A DNA stretch of 64,000 bases from an uncultured delta proteobacterium. Lineage in GTDB: Bacteria > Desulfobacterota > Binatia > UBA9968. Under the pieces are notes generated by a model that was not told the DNA's origin, did not search any database, and saw nothing but the letters and a program-made list of their open reading frames with translations. The stretch is from positions 1-64,000 of the forward strand of contig CAVYTU010000004.1 of the NCBI GenBank assembly GCA_963771465.1, in the 5' to 3' direction. Numbering within the stretch: the first letter of the stretch is position 1; every line of letters starts with the position of its first letter. A program made the position numbers and the translations under genes. Shown here piece after piece: positions 8,240 to 18,900 of the stretch.

Positions 8240-8550
8240 TCATCGTCCCCTTCCTCCGCCGGATCGTAAGGTTGGCCGTCAACGCGCAGACGAAGCTCCT
8301 TACCGACTTTAAAAAATGGCACCCGTTTGGCCGCCACCGACACCAGCACGCCGCTCTTAGGGTTGCGTCCCTGGCGCGCGCGCCGATGTTTGACGACGAA
8401 ACTACCGAAACCACGAATCTCAATGCGGTCACCTTGCGCCAAGGCCTCGACCATGGAATCGAAGATCGCATTGATAATCACTTCCGAGTCGCGCCGTGAT
8501 AGATGGGGAAAACGTTTGTTCACCTCATCAATCAAGTCCCTCTTAGTCAT
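8236..8550 (-). CDS. ihfB: Integration host factor beta subunit
   Basis: MTKRDLI, IEIRGFGSF, GRNPKSG, PFFKVGKELR; follows rpsA-sppA. Confidence 0.92.
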   Translation of the reverse strand: MTKRDLIDEVNKRFPHLSRRDSEVIINAIFDSMVEALAQGDRIEIRGFGSFVVKHRRARQGRNPKSGVLVSVAAKRVPFFKVGKELRLRVDGQPYDPAEEGDDE

Positions 8551-8610
8551 GTCATCTCCTCACGCCAGCTAAGCAATTTTTTTGCGCCAGGCCACCCGGC
8601 GTTTTTACGA

Positions 8611-9510
8611 CTACTGTAACAATGACGGCGACCACTCGTAGCGCAACCAACCGCGCTCTAAGCCCGGCAGCCGCCGGCCGAAGACTCCCATGAACATTCG
8701 TTCCCACCAACGCTCTTGCTCCGGGCGGGAATAGTAAACCGCCGGCTCGGCGCCGATGTTGGCGCGCTTGGCGGCCAGCTCGATGGCATCTTCCAGAGTG
8801 CCAAACTGATCGACCAAGCCGAGATCCTTGGCTTGGGCGCCGGAGTAGATGCGGCCGTCGGCAAGCTTGCGCACTCGCGCTTCGTCCATGCCTCGCCCTT
8901 TGGCCACGGCGGCGACGAATTGACCATGAACGTTATCCACCAGTGACTGTAAGATTTCCCGACCCTCGGCGGATAACGGTTGAAACGGCGAGCCGATGTC
9001 TTTGTTGGCGCCGCTCTTGACGTTGACGCCTTTGACGCCGACTTTTCTCATCAGCTCTTCGACGTTGGTCAATTGCATGATCACGCCGATGGAACCGGTC
9101 AGCGTCCCAGGGTTCGCGACAATCTTGTCGCACGCCGCGGCGATGTAATAGCCACCCGAGGCGGCGATGTTGCCCATCGACGCGATGAACGGTTTTTTCT
9201 TTTTAGCGCGCTGGATCTCTTCAAAAATCTCTTGCGTCGGCGCCACCGCGCCGCCGGGCGAATCGATGCGCACGACGACCGCTTTGACCCAAGGCATCTC
9301 TTTGAAGCGGCGCAGTTCGTTCAGCACCACCCGCGGATCGTCGATGGCGCCGTCTATCTGGAGGACGCCAACGCCGTCGCCGGAGAAAAGCGCCAACACT
9401 TTGGCGTCGCCGCCCGTGCTGTAGGCGAAGAAAAATACCGACGCAAAAACTAAAAGCATCAGACCGAATAAGATCCCCAGTCCGCGCAGTATGAAATGGT
9501 TTCGAGCCAT
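8611..9510 (-). CDS. sppA: Signal peptide peptidase SppA (36K type)
   Basis: N-terminal TM segment, RIDSPGG, AASGGYY, TGSIGV. Confidence 0.95.
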   Translation of the reverse strand: MARNHFILRGLGILFGLMLLVFASVFFFAYSTGGDAKVLALFSGDGVGVLQIDGAIDDPRVVLNELRRFKEMPWVKAVVVRIDSPGGAVAPTQEIFEEIQRAKKKKPFIASMGNIAASGGYYIAAACDKIVANPGTLTGSIGVIMQLTNVEELMRKVGVKGVNVKSGANKDIGSPFQPLSAEGREILQSLVDNVHGQFVAAVAKGRGMDEARVRKLADGRIYSGAQAKDLGLVDQFGTLEDAIELAAKRANIGAEPAVYYSRPEQERWWERMFMGVFGRRLPGLERGWLRYEWSPSLLQ

Positions 9511-9532
9511 AAGCTTTAATAGCGACCCATGA

Positions 9533-11284
9533 TCAACGCCGCCGACCTTCTCCCTTTGCGCCCGCCTTGGGATCGTCATCGCGATCCAAACGAAGCTCGT
9601 CGCCGAGCAGAGATTCGAATGAAAAACGGCCGCCCTCTTTCTCGCGCTTGAGATAGCTCTCCATCTCCTGGCGCTCCTCCGAGCGGCGCAGCGCTCTCAC
9701 GCTCAAGCCGATTTTGCGGTCGGCGGGATCGATGCTGACGACTTCGGCTTCTACCTCATCGCCAGGTTTATAGAGGCTCGACGGTTTATCGACCCGCTCC
9801 GCGCTCAGCTGCGAAACGTGGATCAGTCCTTCGACGCCCTCGTCGATTCGAACAAACACGCCGAAATCCGGCACGCTGGTGACCTGACCCTTGATCTTCG
9901 AGCCAACCGGATGGCTATTGGCGACCACTTGCCATGGATCGGCGGCCATTTGTTTAATGCCGAGGGAGAAACGTTCGTTCTCGACGTTGATGCCGAGGAC
10001 TTTGGCTTCGACGACATCGCCTTTTTTAAAGAGCTCAGACGGATGTTTGATTTTCTTGCTCCAGTGCAGATCGGAAATATGCACCAGTCCGTCGATGCCT
10101 TCTTCGATGCCGACAAAAATTCCGAATTCGGTGATGTTTCTAACCGGTCCTTGGACCACGCTGCCGACCGGATACTTCTCCTTAGCGGCTTCCCAGGGAT
10201 TGGCCATGATCTGTTTCAGACCGAGGGAAATGCGCCGGTGACCGGGATCGACATTGAGAACCACCACTTCGACCTGCTGGCCGACTTGGAGAATTTTCGA
10301 CGGATGAGCGATCTTGCGGGTCCACGACATTTCGGAGATGTGAATCAACCCTTCGATGCCGCTTTCAAGCTCGACGAACGCGCCGTAATCCATCAGGCTG
10401 ATCACCTTGCCCTGCACCCGGGAGCCGACAGCATATTTTTCCGCCACCGTGTGCCAGGGGTCGGGCGTCAACTGTTTCATGCCGAGGGAAATCCGCTCCT
10501 TCTCGGTGTCGAACTTGAGCACAACGACCTGGATCTTCTGCCCCACTTGGACGATTTCCGACGGATGGTTGATCCGTCCCCAAGACATATCGCTAATGTG
10601 GAGAATACCGTCGATGCCGCCAAGGTCGACGAAGGCGCCGTAGCCGGTGATGTTTTTTACCGTGCCCTCGAGAATCACCCCTTCCTCGAGGACTTTGAGA
10701 ATCTCTTGCTTGAGGCTATCGCGCTCTTGTTCGAGCAGCGCGCGGCGTGAGACCACGACGTTGCCGCGGCCGCGGTTGAATTTGAGAATCATGAAACGGT
10801 CGGTGGTGCCGATAAAACGGTCCAAGTTTCGGCTTGGGCGAATCTCGACATGGGAGCCTGGCAGGAATCCCGGCACGCCGACATCGACATTGAAACCGCC
10901 TTTTACTTTGCCGAGAATCCGCCCTTCCACGCCGCGGCCTTCGTTGTAAGCTTTTTCGAGATCTTCCCAAACTTTGAGATTCTCCGCGCGCTGGCGCGAC
11001 AACACGATGCCGCCGCCCTCGCCTTCCGAGGTTTCGAAGTAAACGTCGACATCGTCGCCGACTTTGACTTGCAGGTTCCCTTGACGATCGGTGAACTCTT
11101 GGATGGGGATTTGTCCTTCGGACTTGTAACCGACGTCGATCAACACATGAGTCGACGTGATGCCAACCACCCTACCTTTAACCACACCGCCGGGTTTTAC
11201 CGTGCGCAGGCTTTCCTCAAACATCGCTTCAAACTCGCTGGCGCCGCCTGCAGTTGCGCCCTCTTTTTCGTCCATTTCAGCCAT
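9533..11284 (-). CDS. rpsA: 30S ribosomal protein S1
   Basis: Repeated S1 domains (YGAFVDLGGIDGILHISDMSW, GLIHISEMSW, GLVHISDLHW). Confidence 0.98.
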   Translation of the reverse strand: MAEMDEKEGATAGGASEFEAMFEESLRTVKPGGVVKGRVVGITSTHVLIDVGYKSEGQIPIQEFTDRQGNLQVKVGDDVDVYFETSEGEGGGIVLSRQRAENLKVWEDLEKAYNEGRGVEGRILGKVKGGFNVDVGVPGFLPGSHVEIRPSRNLDRFIGTTDRFMILKFNRGRGNVVVSRRALLEQERDSLKQEILKVLEEGVILEGTVKNITGYGAFVDLGGIDGILHISDMSWGRINHPSEIVQVGQKIQVVVLKFDTEKERISLGMKQLTPDPWHTVAEKYAVGSRVQGKVISLMDYGAFVELESGIEGLIHISEMSWTRKIAHPSKILQVGQQVEVVVLNVDPGHRRISLGLKQIMANPWEAAKEKYPVGSVVQGPVRNITEFGIFVGIEEGIDGLVHISDLHWSKKIKHPSELFKKGDVVEAKVLGINVENERFSLGIKQMAADPWQVVANSHPVGSKIKGQVTSVPDFGVFVRIDEGVEGLIHVSQLSAERVDKPSSLYKPGDEVEAEVVSIDPADRKIGLSVRALRRSEERQEMESYLKREKEGGRFSFESLLGDELRLDRDDDPKAGAKGEGRRR

Positions 11285-11304
11285 GAAAACCAACTCCGAT
11301 CTGT

Positions 11305-11973
11305 TTAATTTTCTCTTCTCTTCTTCTCCACTAAATCCAAAACCATCACCGCAACCGCGTCGGCGTCGAGGCTCGACGAATCGACGCGCACAGCGTCCAC
11401 CGCCTGACGCAGCGGCGCCAGATCGCGCTCGCTGTCTCGCTTATCGCGTTCTTCCATCTCGAGCAGCGTTTCTTCCAAGTTGACCTCACGGCCCGCCGAG
11501 TGCAGCTCTTGATAGCGGCGCCGGGCGCGCTCGCCGCTCGAGGCGTCGAGAAAGATTTTCACTTGCGCTTGGGGAAAAACCACGGTGCCGATATCGCGTC
11601 CTTCGGCGACCACGTTGCCGCGCCGGCCCATCTCGCGTTGCAACTCGAGCAGCCGGGCGCGCACCACGTTGAGCGCCGAACTCTTGGACGCCATCTGGCT
11701 CACTGCCGGCGTGCGAATGTCCGCGGCGACATCGCAGCCGTCCAATAACACCTCCAGTTTGTCACCCGTCTCGCGCAATTCAATCGACGTTTGGCGCACC
11801 AACTGATTCACTCGCGCATCATCCGACAAATCGACGCCCTGGCGCAAGAGCTTGAGCGCCAAGGCCCGGTACATTGCGCCGGTATCCAAATAGGTAAAAC
11901 CCAACTCCCGAGCCAACCGTTTTGCCAAGGTGCTTTTGCCGGCGCCGGACGGCCCGTCAATGGCGATAATCAC
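11305..11973 (-). CDS. cmk: Cytidylate kinase
   Basis: IAIDGPSGAGKST, LDTGAMYR, EGRDIGTVVFP. Confidence 0.98.
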   Translation of the reverse strand: MIIAIDGPSGAGKSTLAKRLARELGFTYLDTGAMYRALALKLLRQGVDLSDDARVNQLVRQTSIELRETGDKLEVLLDGCDVAADIRTPAVSQMASKSSALNVVRARLLELQREMGRRGNVVAEGRDIGTVVFPQAQVKIFLDASSGERARRRYQELHSAGREVNLEETLLEMEERDKRDSERDLAPLRQAVDAVRVDSSSLDADAVAVMVLDLVEKKRREN

Positions 11974-12015
11974 ACACCGTCCCTTTTCCGCGCCGACTAT
12001 CCTCTGTATCTAGCC

Positions 12016-13302
12016 TTAATGCAAACAAATTTCCCCCAACAAATCAAAGAAGGTCGGGAACGAGATATCGGCGCAACCCGCATCGTCGATCTCGACGGCG
12101 CGGTCGCTTAGCAAGCCGGCGATGGCGAACGACATCGCAACTCGGTGATCGGCGAAACTCCTCACCCGGCCGCTCGTGAAACGCTTCCCGCCGTGGATCG
12201 TCATGCCGTCATCGCGTTCGTCGACGGTAACACCGAGGATGCGCAATCCTTCGGTCATCGTGGCGATGCGGTCGGACTCCTTATAACGCAACTCTTTCAC
12301 GTCAGTGAAGGTGGTCACGCCATCCGCCACGGCGCCGGCGATGGCAAGAATCGGATACTCGTCGATGGTCCGCGCTGCCAACTCCGGGCCGATATCGACG
12401 CCTGCCAATTTGCCACCGCGCACGCGCATGTCGGCGACCCGCTCGCCCGCCGCTTGGCGCTCGTTGAGCAACTCTATGGCCGCTCCCATGCGCCGGAGCA
12501 CTTCGATGACGCCATCGCGAGTCGGATTGCAGCCGACGTTACGAATCGTCACGTCTGACCCGGCAATCAGCGCCGCGGCGACGAGAAAAAACGCCGCGGA
12601 AGAAATATCCCCCGGGATGCGCACTTCTTGGCCGACCAGCGTCTGCCCGCCGGTAAGCGTAATGTTCAGGCCATCGACAGCAATCGTTCCGCCGAAACCG
12701 TGAATCATCGCTTCGGTGTGATTACGCGATCGCTGCGGTTCCACCACGGTGGTTGTGCCGCTCGCTTGCAGCGCCGCCAACAACAGCGCCGATTTCACCT
12801 GGGCGCTGGCGATCGGCATGGGGTAGTGAATTCCTTTTAATCCGCCGCCGTCAATTTCCAGCGGCGCCAAGCCGGCGCCGCTCTTGCTGCGAATCCGCGC
12901 GCCCATTTGAGTCAACGGATCGATGACTCTTTGCATCGGCCGTTGGCGTAACGAGCCGTCGCCGTCCAACTCGCTATGAAAAGGCAGCCCGGCCAACAAG
13001 CCGGACATGAGCCGCATGGTTGTGCCCGAATTGCCGCAATCAATCGCTGCGCCCGGCGCGCGCAGCCCTTCCCAACCTTTGCCGGCGACGCATAGCGCAT
13101 CACCATCGCGGCCAATTTCTACGCCCATCTGACGGAACGCGCGCACGGTACGCGAATTATCGTCGCCGCCCGACAAATTAAATATTCGCGTCGGTCCTTT
13201 GGCGATACTGCCGAACATAACCGCGCGGTGCGCAATCGACTTATCGCCCGGCACGGTGATATCGCCCTGGAGTGGATGGTTGATCGATTCGATTCGTTTC
13301 AT
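12016..13302 (-). CDS. aroA: EPSP synthase (class II)
   Basis: PGDKSIAHR, CGNSGTTMR, SAQVKS, KESDRI, DHRVAM. Confidence 0.98.
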   Translation of the reverse strand: MKRIESINHPLQGDITVPGDKSIAHRAVMFGSIAKGPTRIFNLSGGDDNSRTVRAFRQMGVEIGRDGDALCVAGKGWEGLRAPGAAIDCGNSGTTMRLMSGLLAGLPFHSELDGDGSLRQRPMQRVIDPLTQMGARIRSKSGAGLAPLEIDGGGLKGIHYPMPIASAQVKSALLLAALQASGTTTVVEPQRSRNHTEAMIHGFGGTIAVDGLNITLTGGQTLVGQEVRIPGDISSAAFFLVAAALIAGSDVTIRNVGCNPTRDGVIEVLRRMGAAIELLNERQAAGERVADMRVRGGKLAGVDIGPELAARTIDEYPILAIAGAVADGVTTFTDVKELRYKESDRIATMTEGLRILGVTVDERDDGMTIHGGKRFTSGRVRSFADHRVAMSFAIAGLLSDRAVEIDDAGCADISFPTFFDLLGEICLH

Positions 13303-13305
13303 TTT

Positions 13306-14163
13306 TCAGGGAATTTCAGCGCGCACGGCGAACGCGCGCGCGAACTCCTTTTCCAACGCAGCGCCCTTTTCGTTTTTTATCCAGCGATTGAGCAATTCGA
13401 GATATTTTATGTAATCCGTAAGCGACCGGCTTAGGGCTTTGCGGTTCATCAAACAAATATCGCGCCACAGCTCCGGCCGGCTCGAGGCGATCCGGGTAAA
13501 ATCCTTGAAGCCGCCGGCGCAGAAAGATTTCAAATCCACGCCTTTCAAATGGGTACGCTCCAAAGCGTTGACCAGCGCGTACACCAGCACATGGGGCAAG
13601 TGGCTGATCACACCGAGCACGCGGTCATGAATGTCTGGATGCATGATCTCGACATCGGCGCCGACCTTACGCCACAGCGCGGCGACTTTTTTCAAAGCCT
13701 TGTCATCGGTCTTCTTGGTCGGCGTCAGCACCGTGCGATGGCGCACGAACAGGTTTTCGCGCGCCGCTTGGGCGCCCCACTGCTCGCTGCCGGCGATGGG
13801 ATGGCCGGCGACGAAAACAATATTTTTCGGCAGCAGCTTCTCCATACCGCGAACGATCTCGCCTTTGACGCTACCGACGTCGCTGACGATGCAACCCGGC
13901 TCCAGCTTGGGCAGAAACGCTTTGGTCAGCGGCACAATCGTCTCCACCGGCGTACCCATCATGAGAAAATCGACGCCGCCTGGGAACTCGTCTGGGCGAA
14001 GGAAGTAACTGTCGATGATGCCTTTCTTCTTGGCCAGTTTGAGATTGCTCTCGCTCCGACCGTAGCCGACAATCGTTCCGACAAGTCTATGCCGGCGCAT
14101 GTCGAGCGCCAACGAGCCGCAAATCAGCCCCACGCCCGCCAGCACCATCTTTTCGAACATCAT
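13306..14163 (-). CDS. tyrA: Prephenate/arogenate dehydrogenase
   Basis: GVGLICGS, DVGSVK, GHPIAGSE, SHLPH, DFTRIA. Start approximate. Confidence 0.95.
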   Translation of the reverse strand: MMFEKMVLAGVGLICGSLALDMRRHRLVGTIVGYGRSESNLKLAKKKGIIDSYFLRPDEFPGGVDFLMMGTPVETIVPLTKAFLPKLEPGCIVSDVGSVKGEIVRGMEKLLPKNIVFVAGHPIAGSEQWGAQAARENLFVRHRTVLTPTKKTDDKALKKVAALWRKVGADVEIMHPDIHDRVLGVISHLPHVLVYALVNALERTHLKGVDLKSFCAGGFKDFTRIASSRPELWRDICLMNRKALSRSLTDYIKYLELLNRWIKNEKGAALEKEFARAFAVRAEIP

Positions 14164-14190
14164 CGCCACGATCAATCTTTTCCCCTGGGT

Positions 14191-15288
14191 TCAAGAATTC
14201 TGGATAACTTTTTGTAACGCTTCGATGAACCGCCGATTCTCGTCCATGGTGCCGATTGTCACCCGGACATGCTCGGGAAATTTGTAACCGCCCATGGGGC
14301 GGACGATCACGCCTTGGCTGAGCAGTTGCTTGAACACTTCCTGGCCTTTGCCGACGCGCACCAGAATAAAATTGCCATGACTCGGCACAAACGGCAGGCC
14401 GAGTTTCTTGAATTGGCCCTCTAAGTATTCTAACCCCTGGCGGTTCGCGCCTAAACTGCGCTGGACATGATCGCTGTCGTCCAGCGCCGCCAACGCGGCC
14501 CACTGGGCCGGTGCGTTGACGTTAAAAGGCTGGCGCACGCGCTGCATCATGGCGATCAACTCCTTGGGCGCCACGCCGTAGCCGACGCGCAAGCCGGCCA
14601 GTCCGTAGAGCTTGGAAAAGGTCCTGAGAGTGAGCATCGCGCGATCCGGTTGATGGTATTTAAGCGAATCGGGATAGCCATCGTCGTCGACGTACTCGAA
14701 GTAGGCCTCGTCGACGATCAGCAAAACCTCGGGCGAAACTTTGGCGAGAAAGTTTTCCCACTCATCGCGGCGAAAAATCGTCCCCGTGGGATTGTTCGGG
14801 TTCGCCAAGAAGACGATTCGCGTGTGCGGCGAAATCGCCGCGGCGATGGCACTTAGATCATGGGTGTATTCTCTGAGCGGCACTTGCTTAGTCTTGCCGC
14901 CCACCGCCTGAACGATCAACTGATAAACGACGAACGCCTGCTCGGCCATCACCGCTTCGTCGCCGGCGCGCATGAACGTGCGCGCCGCCAACTCGATGAT
15001 CTCGTTGGAGCCGTTGCCAAAAATCAGTTGCTCCGGTGAAACTCCGAGCTTCTGGGCCAAGCCAGTCTTCAAATAAAAACAATCGCCGTCGGGATAGAGA
15101 TGAAGCTCATCGAGTTTGGCGCGTATCGCCGCCAGCGCCTTGGGCGACGGCCCCAAAGGATTCTCATTGGACGCGAGCTTCACCGAGTTAGCGATGCTAT
15201 ACTCGCGCTCGACCTCTTCGATCGGTTTTCCCGGTTCATAAGGAATCAACGAGCGAATATATTCAGGTACGTGTTCGACGCTTTTCAT
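14191..15288 (-). CDS. hisC: Histidinol-phosphate/aromatic aminotransferase
   Basis: KLASNENP, NPNNPTG, DEAY, RTFSKLYGLAGLRVGY; ATGA overlap with pheA stop. Confidence 0.96.
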   Translation of the reverse strand: MKSVEHVPEYIRSLIPYEPGKPIEEVEREYSIANSVKLASNENPLGPSPKALAAIRAKLDELHLYPDGDCFYLKTGLAQKLGVSPEQLIFGNGSNEIIELAARTFMRAGDEAVMAEQAFVVYQLIVQAVGGKTKQVPLREYTHDLSAIAAAISPHTRIVFLANPNNPTGTIFRRDEWENFLAKVSPEVLLIVDEAYFEYVDDDGYPDSLKYHQPDRAMLTLRTFSKLYGLAGLRVGYGVAPKELIAMMQRVRQPFNVNAPAQWAALAALDDSDHVQRSLGANRQGLEYLEGQFKKLGLPFVPSHGNFILVRVGKGQEVFKQLLSQGVIVRPMGGYKFPEHVRVTIGTMDENRRFIEALQKVIQNS

Positions 15289-16361
15289 CGGCCACTCGGA
15301 TAGGATCCCAATATTTTCAGAAACACGCAGTTTTGCTCCAACCCGGCGATCGCCCTTTTCACCGCCGGCTGGTCGGAGTGGCCGAGCAGGTCGAGAAAGA
15401 ACAAATACTCCCAAGGCTTGTTCTTGATCGGCCGCGACTCGATCTTGGAAAGATTGATCCGGCTCTTGGCGAAGGGCTGAAGCATCTTGTGCAACACGCC
15501 CGGCTTGTCCTTGGCCGAAAATACCAGCGAAGTTTTATCGCCGCCGCTCGGCTTGGAGTGTATCTTGCCGATCGCCACAAAGCGCGTGATGTTATTGCTC
15601 AGATCTTCGATGTTGCTGGCGATGCTTGCCAATTGGTAAACCTCTTTGGCCAACGCGCTTGAGATCGCCGCAACATTAGCGTCTTTGCTGGCGGCGATCG
15701 CTGCGTGAGCCGTGCTGGCGACTTCTTCGACCGGAATCTTGGGAAAGTGGCGGTTGAGCCAGGCGCGACATTGCGCCAACGCCTGCGGATGAGACACGAT
15801 GCGCCCGACGTCTTCGGCGCGGCCGCTCTGGGACAACAAGGTGTGATGAATGTCGAGAAAAACCTCGCCGCAAATTTTCAATTCCGACTCGACCAAACAA
15901 TCGAGCGTATGCGCCACCACGCCCTCGGTGGAGTTTTCGATGGGCACCACGCCGAACGACGCGCGATCTTGGGCGACTTCCTGAAAAACTTCCGGGATAC
16001 TTGCCGTCGGCCGAAGCTCCGACGACGACCCAAACTTTTCTTTGGCGGCAAGATGGCTATAGGTCGCCGCGGCGCCGAAAAACACCACGCGCAACGGCGC
16101 TTCGAGGGAGCGACACCCTGAAATCACTTCGCCGTAGATCGAACGGATAGTGGCGGCGGAAAGCGGACCGCGATTGAGTTGGGAGAGTCGATTGAGAATC
16201 TCGTGCTCGCGGTTGGGAACGTAAACCTCTTGATTGCTTAAACCCTTATAGCGGCCGATCCGCTGCGCCTGGAGAGCCCGTTGGTTTAGCAGGTTAACGA
16301 TTTTTTCATCAATGTGATCGATTTTTTTTCTTAGAACATCGACCGACTCGTTTCGACTCAA
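15285..16361 (-). CDS. pheA: Chorismate mutase/prephenate dehydratase (P-protein)
   Basis: LRKKIDHID, PIENSTEG, SHPQALAQC, NITRF, IESRP. Start inferred at TTG 16361 after GAGG. Confidence 0.96.
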   Translation of the reverse strand: MSRNESVDVLRKKIDHIDEKIVNLLNQRALQAQRIGRYKGLSNQEVYVPNREHEILNRLSQLNRGPLSAATIRSIYGEVISGCRSLEAPLRVVFFGAAATYSHLAAKEKFGSSSELRPTASIPEVFQEVAQDRASFGVVPIENSTEGVVAHTLDCLVESELKICGEVFLDIHHTLLSQSGRAEDVGRIVSHPQALAQCRAWLNRHFPKIPVEEVASTAHAAIAASKDANVAAISSALAKEVYQLASIASNIEDLSNNITRFVAIGKIHSKPSGGDKTSLVFSAKDKPGVLHKMLQPFAKSRINLSKIESRPIKNKPWEYLFFLDLLGHSDQPAVKRAIAGLEQNCVFLKILGSYPSGR

Positions 16362-16504
16362 TGACGACCTCACCCGGCGCAAACCAACAAGGATGATCTC
16401 CTCGGCACCGTGCACGTAACCTAGCTTAATCCCTAGAGAATAGCAAATATTGCAGGCGCCGGCGCTTGACTCCGGCAAAGCCTAACCGTTATCTCTGGAG
16501 AGCT

Positions 16505-17389
16505 ATGCAAGAAATTGTCGTGCCGGTGGGCGAATCGGCCAAGAAGCTGGAGAATTTTTTAAAGAAACAATTCCCCATCGGCTATGTCCGTAAACTGTTT
16601 CGTAAGAACGGCGTCCGGCTCAACGGCCGGCGGCCGAAAGCTGACGAGACGATAACAGAGGGCGATCGCCTTCAACTTTATATTCCGTTTGAAACGCCTA
16701 GCGTCGCGCCGCGGCCAAATAGTTTACTGCCCGCATTGGAAATCATCTACGAGGACGAGGCGCTGCTCGTGCTCAACAAACCGGCGGGAATCGCCGTGCA
16801 CGAAGGCAAAACCGTACTCAAGCGCGACTCTTTCGAAGCCATCATCGAAAAAAAATATCGCGGCAGCGCAGTTCGACCAAAATTAGTGCATCGTTTAGAC
16901 AAAAATACTTCGGGCTTGTTGCTGCTCGCTAAAAGCGAGCGCGCGTTGGCTGAATTGGAAAAACAGTTTGCCGATGGCGCGGTCGAAAAAGACTATCTTT
17001 GCCTGGTCGCCGGCCGGCTACCTGACAACGAGCGCACCATCGACCATTCCCTGCCGGGCCGGGACGGCACGCCGGTGCGCGCCCTAACTCGCTATCGTGT
17101 CGTCAAACGACACGATGAAACCACTCTCGTCCGAGTCGCGATTGAAACCGGCCGGCTGCATCAGATTCGCCTTCACTTCGCCCAGCTCGGCTATCCCGTG
17201 GTCATGGACGACCAGCACGGCGATTTCGCATTCAACAAACGCTTCCGCAAACGCTATGGCCTCAAGCGTCAGTTTCTCCACGCTGCTAGTTTAATATTGA
17301 ATTACGGCGCCAAGCGTCACAGCTGGTCGGCGCCGTTGGCCGAAGATCTAGATCAGACCTTGAAACGGATCGAGAACGTAACGAGTTAA
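16505..17389 (+). CDS. RluA/RluC-family pseudouridine synthase
   Basis: S4-like N-terminus, NKPAG, HRLDKNTSG, TGRLHQIR, QFLHA. Confidence 0.95.
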   Translation: MQEIVVPVGESAKKLENFLKKQFPIGYVRKLFRKNGVRLNGRRPKADETITEGDRLQLYIPFETPSVAPRPNSLLPALEIIYEDEALLVLNKPAGIAVHEGKTVLKRDSFEAIIEKKYRGSAVRPKLVHRLDKNTSGLLLLAKSERALAELEKQFADGAVEKDYLCLVAGRLPDNERTIDHSLPGRDGTPVRALTRYRVVKRHDETTLVRVAIETGRLHQIRLHFAQLGYPVVMDDQHGDFAFNKRFRKRYGLKRQFLHAASLILNYGAKRHSWSAPLAEDLDQTLKRIENVTS

Positions 17390-17770
17390 CGTCGATTTTA
17401 CCAAGTCGCGATCCGCTCATCGGTTGGCACGATTCATCTTTTGTCGGCTTGCCCATTCATGCAAGCGGAGTAATTAGGTGGAATGGCTTGCAGCATTAAA
17501 CTCTCTGTAACGAACACGCAGACTAACAAATTCTAAACTGCCAATAAAAACTACTGGCATCGACCTTCAGGAGCTGCATGTACGGTCTAGTGGTGCGCTC
17601 CCGGGCGGTAGCGCAGACAATGAGAAATTTGCTCAATCGCCCCGACGTTGCTACCCTTGCAGCATTACTTAGAATATGATTTTTCTGCCACATGGTTACA
17701 GATTGACCGTTTCGTGTGCGCAACGCCGCCTCGGCGCTGCTGCTAATTTTAGAGCCGCTCACATCATAGA

Positions 17771-18865
17771 ATGATCCGCGTCAAACACCTAGAAAAGACC
17801 TACCACACGCAACACGAAGAAGTTGAGGCGGTGCGCGACGTGTCCTTCGACGTTTCCGACGGCGAATTCTATACGCTTCTCGGACCTAGCGGCTGCGGCA
17901 AGACCACGATACTGCGGTGCATTGCCGGCTTGGAGCGTCCGGAGTCCGGCACGATTCTCCTGAACGGGACGACGGTGTTTTCGACCGATGAGGCGATTAA
18001 TGTGCCCCCGGAAAAACGTTCTATCGGGATGGTTTTTCAGTCCTACGCGATCTGGCCCCACATGTCCGTATTCGACAACGTTGCATTTCCCTTGCGCCAG
18101 GTCCCGTCTCGTTTCCCCCGTTCCGAGGTAGAGCCACGCGTCCACCGAGTGCTCGAGCTAGTACGCCTCAGCGGGCTGGAAAAGCGTAACGGCGGCGAGT
18201 TGTCCAGCGGACAGCAGCAACGGCTCGCGCTGGCTCGTGCGCTGGTGTGCGAACCGAAAGTATTGCTTTTGGATGAACCGCTCTCAAACCTCGATGCGAA
18301 GCTGCGCGGCGAGATGCGCCTCGAACTGCGCGAGCTACATAAGCGCATTCGGGTAACGACCTTGTATGTGACGCATGACCAGATAGAAGCCCTCTCAATG
18401 TCCAACAGAGTGGCCGTCGTTAATGCCGGGCGCATCGCCCAACTCGATTATCCGCGCGCAGTCTACCAACAACCGAACGGTAGTTTCGTCGCCGCATTCA
18501 TGGGCTCCACCAACATGATTGCCGGAACACTCGCAAGAAACCCGGACTCGATTTGGGCAATCGAGACAGCGATCGGAACTTTTCAGTGTGCCAAAAGCAC
18601 CGACGTGCGCGCCGGCGAGCAAGTGCTGTTGACCATCCAGCCCGTCTATGTGGTGGTGCACGAAGAACTGAAAAAGGGAACCAACATGGTTCGAGGCACG
18701 GTTGCTTTGAGCGTCTTCTCTGGCGACTATGTCGACTGCCAGATTCAGGTAGGCGAACAAACGCTTTATGCGCGCCAGCACCCATCGGTCGAACTCCGCG
18801 AGGGGCAGGACGTATCCATCGAGCTGCCCGCCGAACACTGCGTTGCCGTCGCGCCCGAGGGTTAG
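17771..18865 (+). CDS. ABC transporter ATP-binding subunit (PotA/FbpC-like, C-terminal TOBE-like region)
   Basis: GPSGCGKT, FQSYAIWPH, LSSGQQQR, LLLDEP, YVTHDQ. Confidence 0.95.
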   Translation: MIRVKHLEKTYHTQHEEVEAVRDVSFDVSDGEFYTLLGPSGCGKTTILRCIAGLERPESGTILLNGTTVFSTDEAINVPPEKRSIGMVFQSYAIWPHMSVFDNVAFPLRQVPSRFPRSEVEPRVHRVLELVRLSGLEKRNGGELSSGQQQRLALARALVCEPKVLLLDEPLSNLDAKLRGEMRLELRELHKRIRVTTLYVTHDQIEALSMSNRVAVVNAGRIAQLDYPRAVYQQPNGSFVAAFMGSTNMIAGTLARNPDSIWAIETAIGTFQCAKSTDVRAGEQVLLTIQPVYVVVHEELKKGTNMVRGTVALSVFSGDYVDCQIQVGEQTLYARQHPSVELREGQDVSIELPAEHCVAVAPEG

Positions 18866-18880
18866 ATTATCGGCTCGCGC

Positions 18881-18900
18881 AGGAGGTTCACAAACCTCCT
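18881..18900 (+). terminator. Hairpin after the ABC ATPase gene
   Basis: AGGAGGTT-caca-AACCTCCT; weak U-tract. Confidence 0.4.

Noticed and set aside
17424-17440. TTGGCACG as a sigma54 -24 element
   Set aside because: There is no GC at the -12 position.
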